A stretch of 36,520 nucleotides of DNA, taken from a virus. Lineage: Duplodnaviria; Caudoviricetes. The notes under the pieces are model-generated. The model saw only the letters and a program-made list of their open reading frames with translations. It did not search any database and was not told where the DNA came from. The position numbers and the translations under genes were made by a program. The stretch spans positions 1 to 36,520 of IMG/VR virus record IMGVR_UViG_3300025099_004014; one strand, given 5' to 3'. Shown here in pieces: positions 11,301-20,045 of this stretch (within the stretch, counting starts at the first letter, position 1; every line of letters starts with the position of its first letter).

Positions 11301-14300
11301 GTCATATACATGGTATATTCTGGGTCCTGAGTACTTGTAACATCTTGCCCAAATAAAGAGTCCCAAAGTTCAGACAAACTATCGGCAATGTAGTTGGACA
11401 AATCAGCTATTAATTGTAGAAGTTTATCATAAAATTCCATTATACCCAAAGAGTTGATAAAGTCCATCAACTGTTGCTGGATGTTTTGAAGGCTTCGTAG
11501 CCAATCACATAAAGCATTTATTTTTTGGATTTTATCCCGAGATTGTAAAGAAAATTGAGCCTCCAATTGTTCTATGCTTAGCCTCAGAGACAAAGGTGCT
11601 AAATTTACATCCTTAGCCTCACAGTATGCGGCAAATGGAGAAAAGGCAAATGCGCTTATTTCATCTAACTCTTCATCCCTCATGGCTTCACCTAAGATAA
11701 TAAAAAACTCACGAATGTTTTCTATCGTAAATTCAAATTTTTGGTATATGGTAGGATCAATAGAAGACATTATCTTTTCATCATTACCGTCTACATCCTG
11801 GTATTGGCTTGTGGGGAATGAAATGCGCCCATTAGAAATTGTTTCTAATATCAATGAATATAAAAGATGAGTACCATCTCCTAATAACATCGATTGTAAC
11901 TCTATGGGCGTACACATGAGCGAGATGTCCGACAAGAGCGAGAACACTTGATCAAAGGTAGGATCTTCTTTAATAGTGCCATCATTCGTCCGGTCAATAT
12001 TATACAAACCAGCACTCTTAGCAGCAGCTACAATATCAACATCGTCCAAAAAGGAATTGACATTTACAAACCCAAAAGCAAGGTTCTTCATCGAGTCGTC
12101 CAGGTCCTCGCTTTGATTAGGACCGCAACCCAAAGTAGCCTCAATAATATCTTTTAAGATACCTGCGATCAATGCCTTAAGGAAATTAAGAATAGCCTCT
12201 TCTATCATTTTTTGATAGATCTTTGCCTTCATGTAATAAGGACTTACGGGAGGAGGAGCAGGGATTTTGACCTTAGGTTGTGCGCCGATTTTTGGTGCTC
12301 TTTTTGTCTTCTTTTGAGGGTTCATATCCTTCGGATCGAGATAAGAGGTTTCTATAAATCCACCAAGCACATCCAAGCCACAGAATATTTGCTCGTTTAT
12401 TTCACGCTCGATCTGGCGCTGGACAAGAGCCGGGTTATTAGTAGCTGCCAAGCCCTGACGGGATAGACCCTGAACATCTACCCCTCTCTTTAATAGTTCC
12501 CTGGACACCTCGTCTGAAATGACCTCATCTCTTAGTGTGAGTATTGTTTGTCTTAGGATTGATCGGAATTTTGTTTTTCCTGTTATAGCTTGCCAGAACT
12601 GTAAGGCTGATTTCACCGCCCTTGCTTGACCTGTGTTACAATTGATATTATTAATTGTATTCCCAATTTTATAATTAAGCTTTCTATTAGCATAGAGTAA
12701 TTTTATTTCTTCAGCCGATTTCCCCGAGTTGGCTAACCTAGATACTCTGATGAACACATCCTTCTTGCGCTCTGTGCGGAGATTTCGGCGGCTGCGGTCA
12801 TTTATCTTTTCCACTTCGGTTGGCAAAAGATTTAAAGTTGGGTAAACATAAGCCTTAAGCCAATCCATCCAGGGTGCATAATTATCTTCAGATGCGATTT
12901 GAGTTTCTTGAAATATCTCAAAGCTATTATAGATCATGCTAAATGTAGTTGGAGATAAGAGCGAAAATGCGTCTAAGATTCGACGGGGTTCAGCATCATC
13001 TTCGGGAAGGCTGTGATGATAATTTATATTCCCAATACCTCGTGTAAATGCCATACCGTTCACACATAGATGGTCCAAGTGATAGTTTTCTGTAAAAAAC
13101 ATTTCAACCATGTCGTCATCTTTTAGTGCAGTCTTATTATATGAGAAACACAAAGACAGTAAATCCATAAACGAATTTATTTTAGAAACCTCCGAAGGCA
13201 AATTTATACCCCCGATAAGGTTTGGAGTAATATTATCATCCTCTAGTTGATAAGAATAGTTTCTAGCCCTCAAGCTAACGAAGGGTATATAAGTTTGAAG
13301 TTGATCAACCGTAAAATTTTTACTAATAAACGACTTATTTTTTTCGGGGTTAGTTAATGCCCTAGCCTTTTCTAATGACGATAATTCATATTCTTCATAA
13401 GAGAGTACTACGCCGGTGCCAGCGGACAGGGCATCTAGTTCTCTTTTCGGGATCTTAACAACATACATCCACCGTGAGCCTGGGCGTGGTCGTAAATAAG
13501 TGCTAAACATAAAATTAGAATGATCATAAGGATTGACCGATGTAATAGTATTAATTGTTTCCAGAGCCTGTCCTGGTGTTAGCTCCGTTGGGCCAGAATC
13601 TAAAAGCTCTAAAAACTCTGCCCGAGCGCCGTAAATTCGATTTGCGTTTTGTTCTGAGTATTTACCCGTAAATCTTAGTATCTCAGAGATACCTGTTCCC
13701 GCAGCCTTTATTGCCTCAAGGGAATAATCGAACATAGTGCCGCCCAGCAATCCAGAAACAAAATCAGACAATTCTTCGATCATCCCCTCTTGTTGTTGGG
13801 GGTTTATAAAACTAGAGATGTCAAAAGCATGTAAATCTGTAATGCCCGTTCGTCGGGTATAATAATAATTGTTATCGACTGGGTTATAATAAACCTTGTC
13901 GTTGTCTGTATCTGGTATACAATTTTTACGCCAATCATACAAATCAATGCCAGTGTCATTACTCAAAAGTGTGTTCACTGTATTATCGGTAGTACTTAAT
14001 CCGTAAATGTTAGAGTTATCTTCTGAATTATTAATCGCAGGGATGTTTTCTAGCCCCATAGCCTTTCGTATAAGCTTCGTATATTCAGTCGAATGATTGG
14101 GGCTGATCGACAAAAGCCGTGACGCCATTCGGTTTGGTCCGGATTGATTCTCCTCTAATAGTGCTAAGGGGGTAGACTCTGTAGAATATAGTTTATAAAC
14201 ACCCCGAGATTCTAGATCGATAGCTAATTCTTGGAGTTTCGAGTGAGAAGCCTGGGAAGACTGAGCCTGGATTTTGCCACCTATAAAAGTCCCATTCTGG

Positions 14301-14572
14301 GGGTACATAGACAGATAAGCCCGCATATCCAAAGGCGTTATTATAAGATCAAGATCTGATACCTCACGGGAAGCCCCCACCAATGACTGCAACTGTTCTA
14401 GTGTTATTTCTAGCTTCTTATTTTCTTCCGGGTATATCGCATTTGAAACATATGCCTCTTGGATGGAATCCAACACAAACCTGTTCCTGGTCGAGTCGAA
14501 ATTGTACTCTTCCCTTAGCATATCTTCAGGAAAAGGATTGATGATATTTTTTTGTACTTGTGTTAAATTCAT
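8327..14572 (-). CDS. Very large hypothetical protein (2081 aa), probably virion-associated
   Basis: Long uninterrupted ORF, ATGA-coupled to the gp25-like gene, inside the baseplate operon. No recognisable catalytic motif. Confidence 0.75.
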   Translation of the reverse strand: MNLTQVQKNIINPFPEDMLREEYNFDSTRNRFVLDSIQEAYVSNAIYPEENKKLEITLEQLQSLVGASREVSDLDLIITPLDMRAYLSMYPQNGTFIGGKIQAQSSQASHSKLQELAIDLESRGVYKLYSTESTPLALLEENQSGPNRMASRLLSISPNHSTEYTKLIRKAMGLENIPAINNSEDNSNIYGLSTTDNTVNTLLSNDTGIDLYDWRKNCIPDTDNDKVYYNPVDNNYYYTRRTGITDLHAFDISSFINPQQQEGMIEELSDFVSGLLGGTMFDYSLEAIKAAGTGISEILRFTGKYSEQNANRIYGARAEFLELLDSGPTELTPGQALETINTITSVNPYDHSNFMFSTYLRPRPGSRWMYVVKIPKRELDALSAGTGVVLSYEEYELSSLEKARALTNPEKNKSFISKNFTVDQLQTYIPFVSLRARNYSYQLEDDNITPNLIGGINLPSEVSKINSFMDLLSLCFSYNKTALKDDDMVEMFFTENYHLDHLCVNGMAFTRGIGNINYHHSLPEDDAEPRRILDAFSLLSPTTFSMIYNSFEIFQETQIASEDNYAPWMDWLKAYVYPTLNLLPTEVEKINDRSRRNLRTERKKDVFIRVSRLANSGKSAEEIKLLYANRKLNYKIGNTINNINCNTGQARAVKSALQFWQAITGKTKFRSILRQTILTLRDEVISDEVSRELLKRGVDVQGLSRQGLAATNNPALVQRQIEREINEQIFCGLDVLGGFIETSYLDPKDMNPQKKTKRAPKIGAQPKVKIPAPPPVSPYYMKAKIYQKMIEEAILNFLKALIAGILKDIIEATLGCGPNQSEDLDDSMKNLAFGFVNVNSFLDDVDIVAAAKSAGLYNIDRTNDGTIKEDPTFDQVFSLLSDISLMCTPIELQSMLLGDGTHLLYSLILETISNGRISFPTSQYQDVDGNDEKIMSSIDPTIYQKFEFTIENIREFFIILGEAMRDEELDEISAFAFSPFAAYCEAKDVNLAPLSLRLSIEQLEAQFSLQSRDKIQKINALCDWLRSLQNIQQQLMDFINSLGIMEFYDKLLQLIADLSNYIADSLSELWDSLFGQDVTSTQDPEYTMYMTQMGRDLFYQTYNVISTSHPAAMSPNLQIYNLEFSPTRVSEIVYTVPQSWDAAGGKTNTTLLKRFIKPVMQDVHLLGSGWMRDWVIEDLDDLGIALETDVADRVIGGYNTDTRTNKADKMRSSLALPFSPPTTEPWLFGWVGGSTRDFPQTQHRIGSYALRTSPANLRKKLTAIRPAGHEDVDMEDYYLKLGEKTESWTNDSVGSTLSKPVPIHLSMRSISGKGGVTVYRAPQTPGITPKMTDENIIAQYIPSPADHEPDQDTITYYGLMSGIDNSQLRGLSLGLFADNPLLPSKIQVSDLISNTLRGYIESTIPEQTHWTMNGGFNRLWAAMVDPSKYNSESNKEFITNNEEDWRSIGKILSEDSLNAVSVSNPTEFIDRNINQGYTHESGRRKLPKYMKSFNRPLFELDSDPCITPEESYIAQATIACLQSRMQGFFLNIMSLSRTYPHWGSFGTKVLIADYLTRKIIPELEERQLLNLIYENYGVLHKVYGNVPSNNLHLDSSQAPRENLKNLLLSMFQRFLDSASQSVGNSINRSIYANHTTNKRYRRMLSRFFHKMSINIKRGAGAREAPHIVSRTGDDGQPRKRFKAYDGSRDFGISNDADRERVYDFIENELMLRDENGKVLENVTDLGLLYGAYYFPAPFLIATYLMYYDSEISISRRFSQAYQRIQVEVATADDNLLSALSGQQVFKFQKALSSYPQNEVTWDGLQVTYFNPKQVQSRIEYLDTILLRDKESFLRWLKLQVTVTVEQAGYGSNSTLLNIPGYRADLVTRLDDPPSTHPRDFLLATLDGSLPSLVDVFGSPNNIWNAPIRSFFATFERVPAYREWFDAAVRSGQYPALENDLRTGNLYEFTATHGKPMLQSSNSTAEDGGRIDKKYFNLSDIFPNYASQWMDLITRIYFVFAGYEYQTTLDVTTTENPSYYETSEAFREVHNLMTNWLDAKFTPPDVPIDDRNLIEAPANAIVVSSLARMRSERSRLEQLLIT

Positions 14573-14579
14573 ATTATTA

Positions 14580-15458
14580 TCAGTTAGTGGTGTTGTATTT
14601 ACTTCGGAAGTTTGAAAAAGCGATCGGATTTAAAGAGCTATAATCCATTTTTAGAGCACCAACCCTTTTGGCGAAGCCAGCCATACTGGTAGTTTCCAGT
14701 GCTAGTGGTGCGCCAGCGGCGACGGTCTGAGGACCTGGGAATGCACTGGCGATTGCAAAGGACTGTACAGCATTTATATGACCCTCTAGTTCAAGCATCA
14801 AGTCACACATCCTGTCAAGGACTTGAGCCAGAGTGTCACCCTTGACCAGAGGTTGTAAGTCTTCATCATCATTGCCAGCTATTAGATCAATGCCCTGGGT
14901 GTTATCCCCGATCCAAAAACCTGAACCGCCCGAGTAACTATCTCCAGTAACTAGTTTTATTCCCTGTCTTCCTATTATTCGGACTGAATCAGCCTTAACT
15001 GCAATCGCAGAAGATTGCCCAACATATCCTACTTGACCCTCCGCTATACTAAAATATTCTTCCGAATCAATGTCTTTAGCTCTCTGGGAAATATAAATAC
15101 GAGCAGAATCTAGGTCCGGGTTTTTATTTGTCGCCACTTCTTCGCCGTCAGGGGCAGTAGCTTTTGCGGTTACGCCAGAGAGACCTGCTATAATATCAAT
15201 GCAGCCAGCACCAGTGTTAGCTATCTCTGCTCCATTTCCGCCATCCGGACCCCGTGGGCGGTCACGACCAATTATAATATAAGAGTTGTTTTGTCCCTGA
15301 ATAATTCTTTCCGCTGGGGTGTGATTGACTTGTGGAACAGCCTCAATCAATGGACCATTGTTTAGTCCTGATTTCTCACCTGTCACACCCATATAGTCCC
15401 GGACAGTCTGTTGCCAGGGCGCTAAAAATGTATCTAGTAAGGTTTCTCTGTTTGCCAT
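14580..15458 (-). CDS. Putative baseplate hub/spike protein (gp5 C-terminal-like)
   Basis: 292 aa. IIQGQNNSYIIIGRDR, ARIYISQ, IAVKADSVRIIGR and QPLVKGDTL are beta-strand segments resembling gp5-like proteins of large myoviruses. Lies after the M23 protein. Confidence 0.55.
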   Translation of the reverse strand: MANRETLLDTFLAPWQQTVRDYMGVTGEKSGLNNGPLIEAVPQVNHTPAERIIQGQNNSYIIIGRDRPRGPDGGNGAEIANTGAGCIDIIAGLSGVTAKATAPDGEEVATNKNPDLDSARIYISQRAKDIDSEEYFSIAEGQVGYVGQSSAIAVKADSVRIIGRQGIKLVTGDSYSGGSGFWIGDNTQGIDLIAGNDDEDLQPLVKGDTLAQVLDRMCDLMLELEGHINAVQSFAIASAFPGPQTVAAGAPLALETTSMAGFAKRVGALKMDYSSLNPIAFSNFRSKYNTTN

Positions 15459-15477
15459 CTTTATGTTATCCTATTTA

Positions 15478-16599
15478 TCATGATCTACTAAAGACTCGCC
15501 CAAACAACTCGTTCATTGGATCAAATACCGTTTGGGAGTGGGCTTTAGCAACTGCGCCCGGAGATGCATAATTACCGTTGTAAACGAGCCCAAAATGCAA
15601 ATGAGGACCGCTGCTAGTCCCTGTGTTCTTCATTATTCCGATCTGAGCACCGGCATCTATTGTTGTGCCATTAAATGTTCGTGGGAAGCGCCCCATGATG
15701 TCCGCACCCAAATGCCCATAAAGGGTATACAGAGGACCAAGCCCGTCTAGCCCCACAGTTTTAATCACAACATAATAACCAAAGCCTTCCTTGCCGGTGC
15801 CTTTGTTAGCCCTTACTGCAATTTCGCCCCCCATAGCTGCATATATTTTTTGGTTCAGGGTGGCCTCAAAATCAACACCCATGTGGTATTTCGAACCACC
15901 CTGGACACCAGGATTTCTGGGTCCCGGTCTAGAAGTTATAAACGGTGCTATATCACTGACTGCCTTGACGGGCTGACCAGTGATAGGGTTATAAGGATAA
16001 ATGGGAGCAGAAGGGGTTTGCGCCTCGTTTGGATTAGGAATTTTGGCCCAAGGCTTTGCCTTTACTGGAGCAGAGCGGCGGCCGGCACGGCTGGGTCCAG
16101 ATTCTGTGTTTGTCTCTGATCCTATAATTTCTGTGATGATGCCGACCACACCCACAAAGTTATTATTAGTATCATAGTAGCGAACACGACAGCGATTATT
16201 ATATTCCGGCACCAGGCCTTCAGCTACATGAAACTTAGGAAATACTTCATATATATTATCATCTGCGCCATAGGATTCTCCGCAGCCATCGTGACGGCTA
16301 TCATCAACTGCCCTACCATAATAAACATATTGAGCTTGGGGTTCCGTGCCTCCCAAGAATGAAGGAATCATATCAGTCCATGGGCGATCCACCTCTTGGA
16401 TATTGGATACTATTACTATTTCCCCTTTTGTTTTTCCTTCATAGGTGTCGTTGGTGAACGCTTTTCGTTGGATTGATTTAAGTGCAGTACTGGGATCCGT
16501 TCGGCCAACAATCCAGTTCTTGTGCCGTAATACTTTACCTTTTTTTATTTGTTCGGTAGCGGTAAAAGGTATCCGTCCTTTTTTACTGTTATTAGCCAT
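15478..16599 (-). CDS. Baseplate-associated protein with C-terminal M23 metallopeptidase (peptidoglycan endopeptidase)
   Basis: HMGVD (HxxxD), YGHL and TGTSSGPHLHF (HxH) M23 zinc motifs, joined by a Pro-rich linker to an uncharacterised N-terminal domain. Confidence 0.88.
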   Translation of the reverse strand: MANNSKKGRIPFTATEQIKKGKVLRHKNWIVGRTDPSTALKSIQRKAFTNDTYEGKTKGEIVIVSNIQEVDRPWTDMIPSFLGGTEPQAQYVYYGRAVDDSRHDGCGESYGADDNIYEVFPKFHVAEGLVPEYNNRCRVRYYDTNNNFVGVVGIITEIIGSETNTESGPSRAGRRSAPVKAKPWAKIPNPNEAQTPSAPIYPYNPITGQPVKAVSDIAPFITSRPGPRNPGVQGGSKYHMGVDFEATLNQKIYAAMGGEIAVRANKGTGKEGFGYYVVIKTVGLDGLGPLYTLYGHLGADIMGRFPRTFNGTTIDAGAQIGIMKNTGTSSGPHLHFGLVYNGNYASPGAVAKAHSQTVFDPMNELFGRVFSRS

Positions 16600-16888
16600 C
16601 TTGATCCTTTAAAAGATCAAATAATTGATCTTTATCACTTTCCGACAGTCCGGTGTTTTTAGATAAAGATTCTTGTTTGTGGACAAGAGTAGCTAACTTG
16701 ACTAACTGTTCATTACTTCTTTGTAGGGTTTCTACGAATTTAGCAGCGACGGGACCACTGTCAGAATATCTATCTAACGATACTGACATATATTCTTTGA
16801 GACTCTCTAGGAGAATCTCCGTCATCTGACGGTCTTTGTTGATGTTATCGAGAGCTTGTTCGATTAATGAGTCGAGGTTCTTTTTCAT
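16592..16888 (-). CDS. Hypothetical helical protein, first gene of the putative late structural operon
   Basis: 98-aa ORF overlapping the next gene by 8 nt. CTATTTA motif lies 4 nt upstream of the ATG. Confidence 0.75.
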   Translation of the reverse strand: MKKNLDSLIEQALDNINKDRQMTEILLESLKEYMSVSLDRYSDSGPVAAKFVETLQRSNEQLVKLATLVHKQESLSKNTGLSESDKDQLFDLLKDQDG

Positions 16889-16892
16889 AAAG

Positions 16893-16899
16893 TAAATAG
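16893..16899 (-). promoter_or_regulatory. Putative phage late-promoter motif CTATTTA (consensus (C/A)TANTTA)
   Basis: In the 15-nt gap between the sigma-factor gene and the structural operon. The same motif recurs upstream of about nine other genes (see findings). Confidence 0.55.
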
Positions 16900-16903
16900 G
16901 GAG

Positions 16904-17680
16904 TTACTTTATTTCTCCTTCGTCCCAACGATGTTTGAAGACCTTGAATTTTTCCCGCATCTTATTGAGGCAGCTTACGATTTGCTTAGTGTTTAGTCCA
17001 GTAATCTCTCTCATGTAGAGATAAATTGCTTTCTTATTAAAGATTTCTATTTGTTCTATGTTTTCCATGAGAGTAAGAATAGCATTTAAAACCTTTTCTT
17101 CATTAGGCTTGAGGTTTGGGTTTTTCCAGCTTGTAACCTCTTTCAATAAAAATTCCCAGAACTCAGCATCTTCTTGATCTTTAAAGAAGTCTGATCCACT
17201 TGACCCTATCGCCTCTACTTCTCGAATCATGGAATCATATTGTATTTCACGGCGATTCTTTTTCGATTGTTGTTTTGCCTTGTGGGTAAACCAATTTTTT
17301 GTTACCACCGAAAAATACGAAAATGCTTTAGCTCCCTGGTCAGGGTTAAATTTCCCTAAAATAGTGGTTAGCCAGATTTTACAATCTTCCTTAAGATAAT
17401 CAATATTCTCTAGAGAGGTAAACTTATATGTAAACACAATCTTTGTAACCAGTTCATCAAAAGCAGGTTGGATATGTTCTACATATAATTTGGTCCTGAT
17501 TGTTGTGTCTTCCGTTGCACAGTAATCAATGATGGCTTGTTCTGTGATTTTTGTGAAATAATGATTCTTGCTCTTTGACCGACGACCCTTCTTAGCGGCA
17601 GGAGCTTTCTTGGCAGGGGATGTTTTTTGGGTCTTAGGTGTCTTTACCTTGGCTGAAGCCCCTGTTTTACTTTTAGTCAT
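16904..17680 (-). CDS. Phage RNA polymerase sigma factor for late transcription (T4 gp55-like)
   Basis: NHYFT...KFNPDQGAKAFSYFSVVTKNWF resembles gp55/sigma region 2 (FDP...AF.YF). C-terminal helical KKAIYLYMREITGL. Lys-rich N-terminal extension. Confidence 0.72.
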   Translation of the reverse strand: MTKSKTGASAKVKTPKTQKTSPAKKAPAAKKGRRSKSKNHYFTKITEQAIIDYCATEDTTIRTKLYVEHIQPAFDELVTKIVFTYKFTSLENIDYLKEDCKIWLTTILGKFNPDQGAKAFSYFSVVTKNWFTHKAKQQSKKNRREIQYDSMIREVEAIGSSGSDFFKDQEDAEFWEFLLKEVTSWKNPNLKPNEEKVLNAILTLMENIEQIEIFNKKAIYLYMREITGLNTKQIVSCLNKMREKFKVFKHRWDEGEIK

Positions 17681-17990
17681 TATCTTCCCCCGTAGTCACA
17701 ACTCTAGACTTTAGAGTCTCATCGGTGTTATTAATAAAATTATTCATATCCTCTTTGATATCTTTTGTATGATCCAATAACCCTTTCAGGGTCTCATCAC
17801 CATAAAATAATTCCAGACCATAAACTCTTTCCAAGTGTTGTTCATAGTTTTTTATATCTGTTTTTACAGCTTCCATATCCAGTGCGTTATAATCTACAAA
17901 TCGTATAAGACGCCTCACATACCACACAAGCAGAATATTACAAACTACAGAAAGTGACAACAATAGAACTAAGATTACATTACTTATCAT
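17673..17990 (-). CDS. Hypothetical membrane protein (one N-terminal TM helix plus coiled coil)
   Basis: 105 aa, hydrophobic residues 5-25 followed by RR. Overlaps both neighbours. Confidence 0.72.
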   Translation of the reverse strand: MISNVILVLLLSLSVVCNILLVWYVRRLIRFVDYNALDMEAVKTDIKNYEQHLERVYGLELFYGDETLKGLLDHTKDIKEDMNNFINNTDETLKSRVVTTGEDND

Positions 17991-18246
17991 TTTGTGCCTG
18001 CTTCAACAATTCTTGTTTAGTTTTTTTAAGTTCTACTTTTTTATTTTCGATTTCTTGCTCAACTCGGGTAGATGTTTCTTCTGTTTTATTACCAGGAAGA
18101 GATTTAGTTACAATATTAGATGACCTCAGTAGTTTACTGACCTCACTAGATCCGCAATACAAACATATTATACTACTCTCTGTGTGAGAGTGTCGTAATT
18201 CAAACTCTTTAGTACAGGTTTTACACCCGTAATCATATAAAGGCAT
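17980..18246 (-). CDS. FmdB-family zinc-ribbon protein
   Basis: MPLYDYGCKTC...ICLYCGS matches the MPxYxYxCxxC...CxxCG pattern. Confidence 0.88.
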   Translation of the reverse strand: MPLYDYGCKTCTKEFELRHSHTESSIICLYCGSSEVSKLLRSSNIVTKSLPGNKTEETSTRVEQEIENKKVELKKTKQELLKQAQNDK

Positions 18247-18425
18247 TATTCTATTTCGAATGTAGTCTTTGGGGGGACAACAGTAGGTGGATTGATTACA
18301 AATATTTGATTATCTTCAACCCTAAGGTTCCAATCACCTAATAATTCTGTAATATCAACCTCTTCAGATAAACATTTCTGTAAAGTCATCAAAAGTGCGC
18401 CAATAGCCTGTTGTGATAATTTCAT
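18246..18425 (-). CDS. Small hypothetical protein (59 aa), below the ORF-track cutoff
   Basis: AGGAGA Shine-Dalgarno, then ATG at 18425: MKLSQQAIGALLMTLQKCLSEEVDITELLGDWNLRVEDNQIFVINPPTVVPPKTTFEIE. TAATG overlap with the FmdB gene. Confidence 0.8.
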   Translation of the reverse strand: MKLSQQAIGALLMTLQKCLSEEVDITELLGDWNLRVEDNQIFVINPPTVVPPKTTFEIE

Positions 18426-18453
18426 TTTATTCTCCTATCGTAGTATTAGTATA

Positions 18454-19167
18454 TTATAAAGGCAAGCCTTTTTTAAGTTTTTCTTTCCATAAAATTAAGG
18501 GGCGACCAAAATCGGACTCTGTATGAATGGCTTTTCCTTTGCGTGCAAGCCATTTAGCCGCATACATAGGGAAATGATTTGCATAATAGTCGCAAGTCTC
18601 TTCCCACTGGTCTACCGAGATAGCTTTGCCATAATGTCTAACGAACCCATCATCTAAGACTCGGTAAGATTTTAATGAACACTCTCGCTGGTCCAAGCCA
18701 TGATATCCCGTGGTAGCCCCAAAGCGAAAGGCAAATAAAATGTCTCGATATTCGGGTCCAATCCACCTTCTCTCGGTGTATTTCTTATCTACATCTTCTT
18801 CTGTGATATAAAAATCAAACAAGCGCATTCGAACAGCGTCTATATCTCCAGAAAGTTTAGACCAATCAAACTCGATTCGCTCATCCGCATCCATATATAC
18901 AAACCAATCATCTGGTCCACATACCTTAGCGGCCTCTAGATAAACAGCTTGGCGGTTTTCAAACTCGGCACGGGCTCGAACTGGGTCCCATGCGAGTCCT
19001 TTTATTACTTTATTTACCAAGGGGTGTGATTCACAGACTTCTACGGTATTATCTGTAGAACAATCATCATAGACAAAGACCTCAGAACAAAAGTCTGCCA
19101 TATGATCTAGTGTTTCGTGAATAATTTCTGATTCGTTTCTTATCCGTGTTATACCTATTATTTTCAT
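18454..19167 (-). CDS. Glycosyltransferase family 2 (GT-A fold)
   Basis: RIRNE, VYDDCSTDNT and YMDADE (DxD) motifs. Confidence 0.88.
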   Translation of the reverse strand: MKIIGITRIRNESEIIHETLDHMADFCSEVFVYDDCSTDNTVEVCESHPLVNKVIKGLAWDPVRARAEFENRQAVYLEAAKVCGPDDWFVYMDADERIEFDWSKLSGDIDAVRMRLFDFYITEEDVDKKYTERRWIGPEYRDILFAFRFGATTGYHGLDQRECSLKSYRVLDDGFVRHYGKAISVDQWEETCDYYANHFPMYAAKWLARKGKAIHTESDFGRPLILWKEKLKKGLPL

Positions 19168-20045
19168 AACTTGAGGTACTCCTCTACTTGATTTACTATG
19201 TTCAGGTTAGACAGGGCAAACTGGCGATTTCGAACGCCTTGAGTTGAGTCATACTTTTCTATCTCTGATATTAGAGACTCTTCGGTTACTTCTCTTTGCA
19301 TTTTTCTACCGCTACAATTGTTTTCCAGATATAAAGAGATATTTTCAGAGGTAATTATTCCATCCATCATCCCAGGCTGATATTGTCTTTGATCTGCTAC
19401 AATGACGGGTCGAGCACAAGCCATAGCCTCATAGGCTCCTCTCCCAAGGCTGAATACTAGGTCGGAGTCTCGAATAGCGTTATGTATATCAATACGAGGA
19501 GAGGTAAATTTATTGTTACAGGAAAATACTAGGTTTTTCTTTTTGCATATAGTCTGAAGTGTTTGATTAAATACATCTGATTGTGATAAACTAAATATTC
19601 TTTTTACAACTGGAGATGTTGGCTCATGCGGAGAGAACACCTCACAATCTACACCATTATGGATTATAACAGATTCATACCCTTTGGACTTCAAATGGTT
19701 CGACACCTCCAATGAAATTGCCACATGACGAACACCCCCAACTGGTTGTTCTAGCGCAGGGTATATCCCATGGCAGGTTTGAATTATTTTACCGCCGGGA
19801 AACATAGACTTGATTCCGTTTACGATGGTGGTATGATTAAGAAAAGCTACATCATATGAGTCTCGGAAAATATTAATATTACACCCGAACTCTCGATTTA
19901 TCAATTCCGAAACAAAGCCGGGCTGCATTGTTACAATATCCACTTGATGACCCATTTGGGTCATCTGCTTTGCCATGGAGTATATAAATGTCTCGCTGCC
20001 CCCAATAGTATGGAGATGATTCTGACCTAGCAGTATTTTCTTCAT
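19164..20045 (-). CDS. Glycosyltransferase family 4-like (GT-B fold)
   Basis: GGSET, IHNGVD and GRGAYEAMACARPVI motifs. Start re-assigned to MKKILL at 20045 (ATGA coupling). Confidence 0.82.
   Translation of the reverse strand: MKKILLGQNHLHTIGGSETFIYSMAKQMTQMGHQVDIVTMQPGFVSELINREFGCNINIFRDSYDVAFLNHTTIVNGIKSMFPGGKIIQTCHGIYPALEQPVGGVRHVAISLEVSNHLKSKGYESVIIHNGVDCEVFSPHEPTSPVVKRIFSLSQSDVFNQTLQTICKKKNLVFSCNNKFTSPRIDIHNAIRDSDLVFSLGRGAYEAMACARPVIVADQRQYQPGMMDGIITSENISLYLENNCSGRKMQREVTEESLISEIEKYDSTQGVRNRQFALSNLNIVNQVEEYLKL

Noticed and set aside
6109-16599. Bacterial contractile injection system (eCIS/T6SS/tailocin)
   Set aside because: The context (gp55-like sigma, PhoH, UUCG terminators, no housekeeping genes, dense unidirectional genes) indicates a phage genome.
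17673-17990. Spanin or holin call for the TM protein
   Set aside because: No embedded or adjacent lipoprotein (o-spanin) or endolysin, and it sits in the sigma-factor operon.
18437-18465. Possible promoter TTGCCT-17-TACGAT or lone TATAAT before the 59-aa ORF
   Set aside because: The first would start transcription within or after the SD; the second lacks a -35. Too ambiguous to call.
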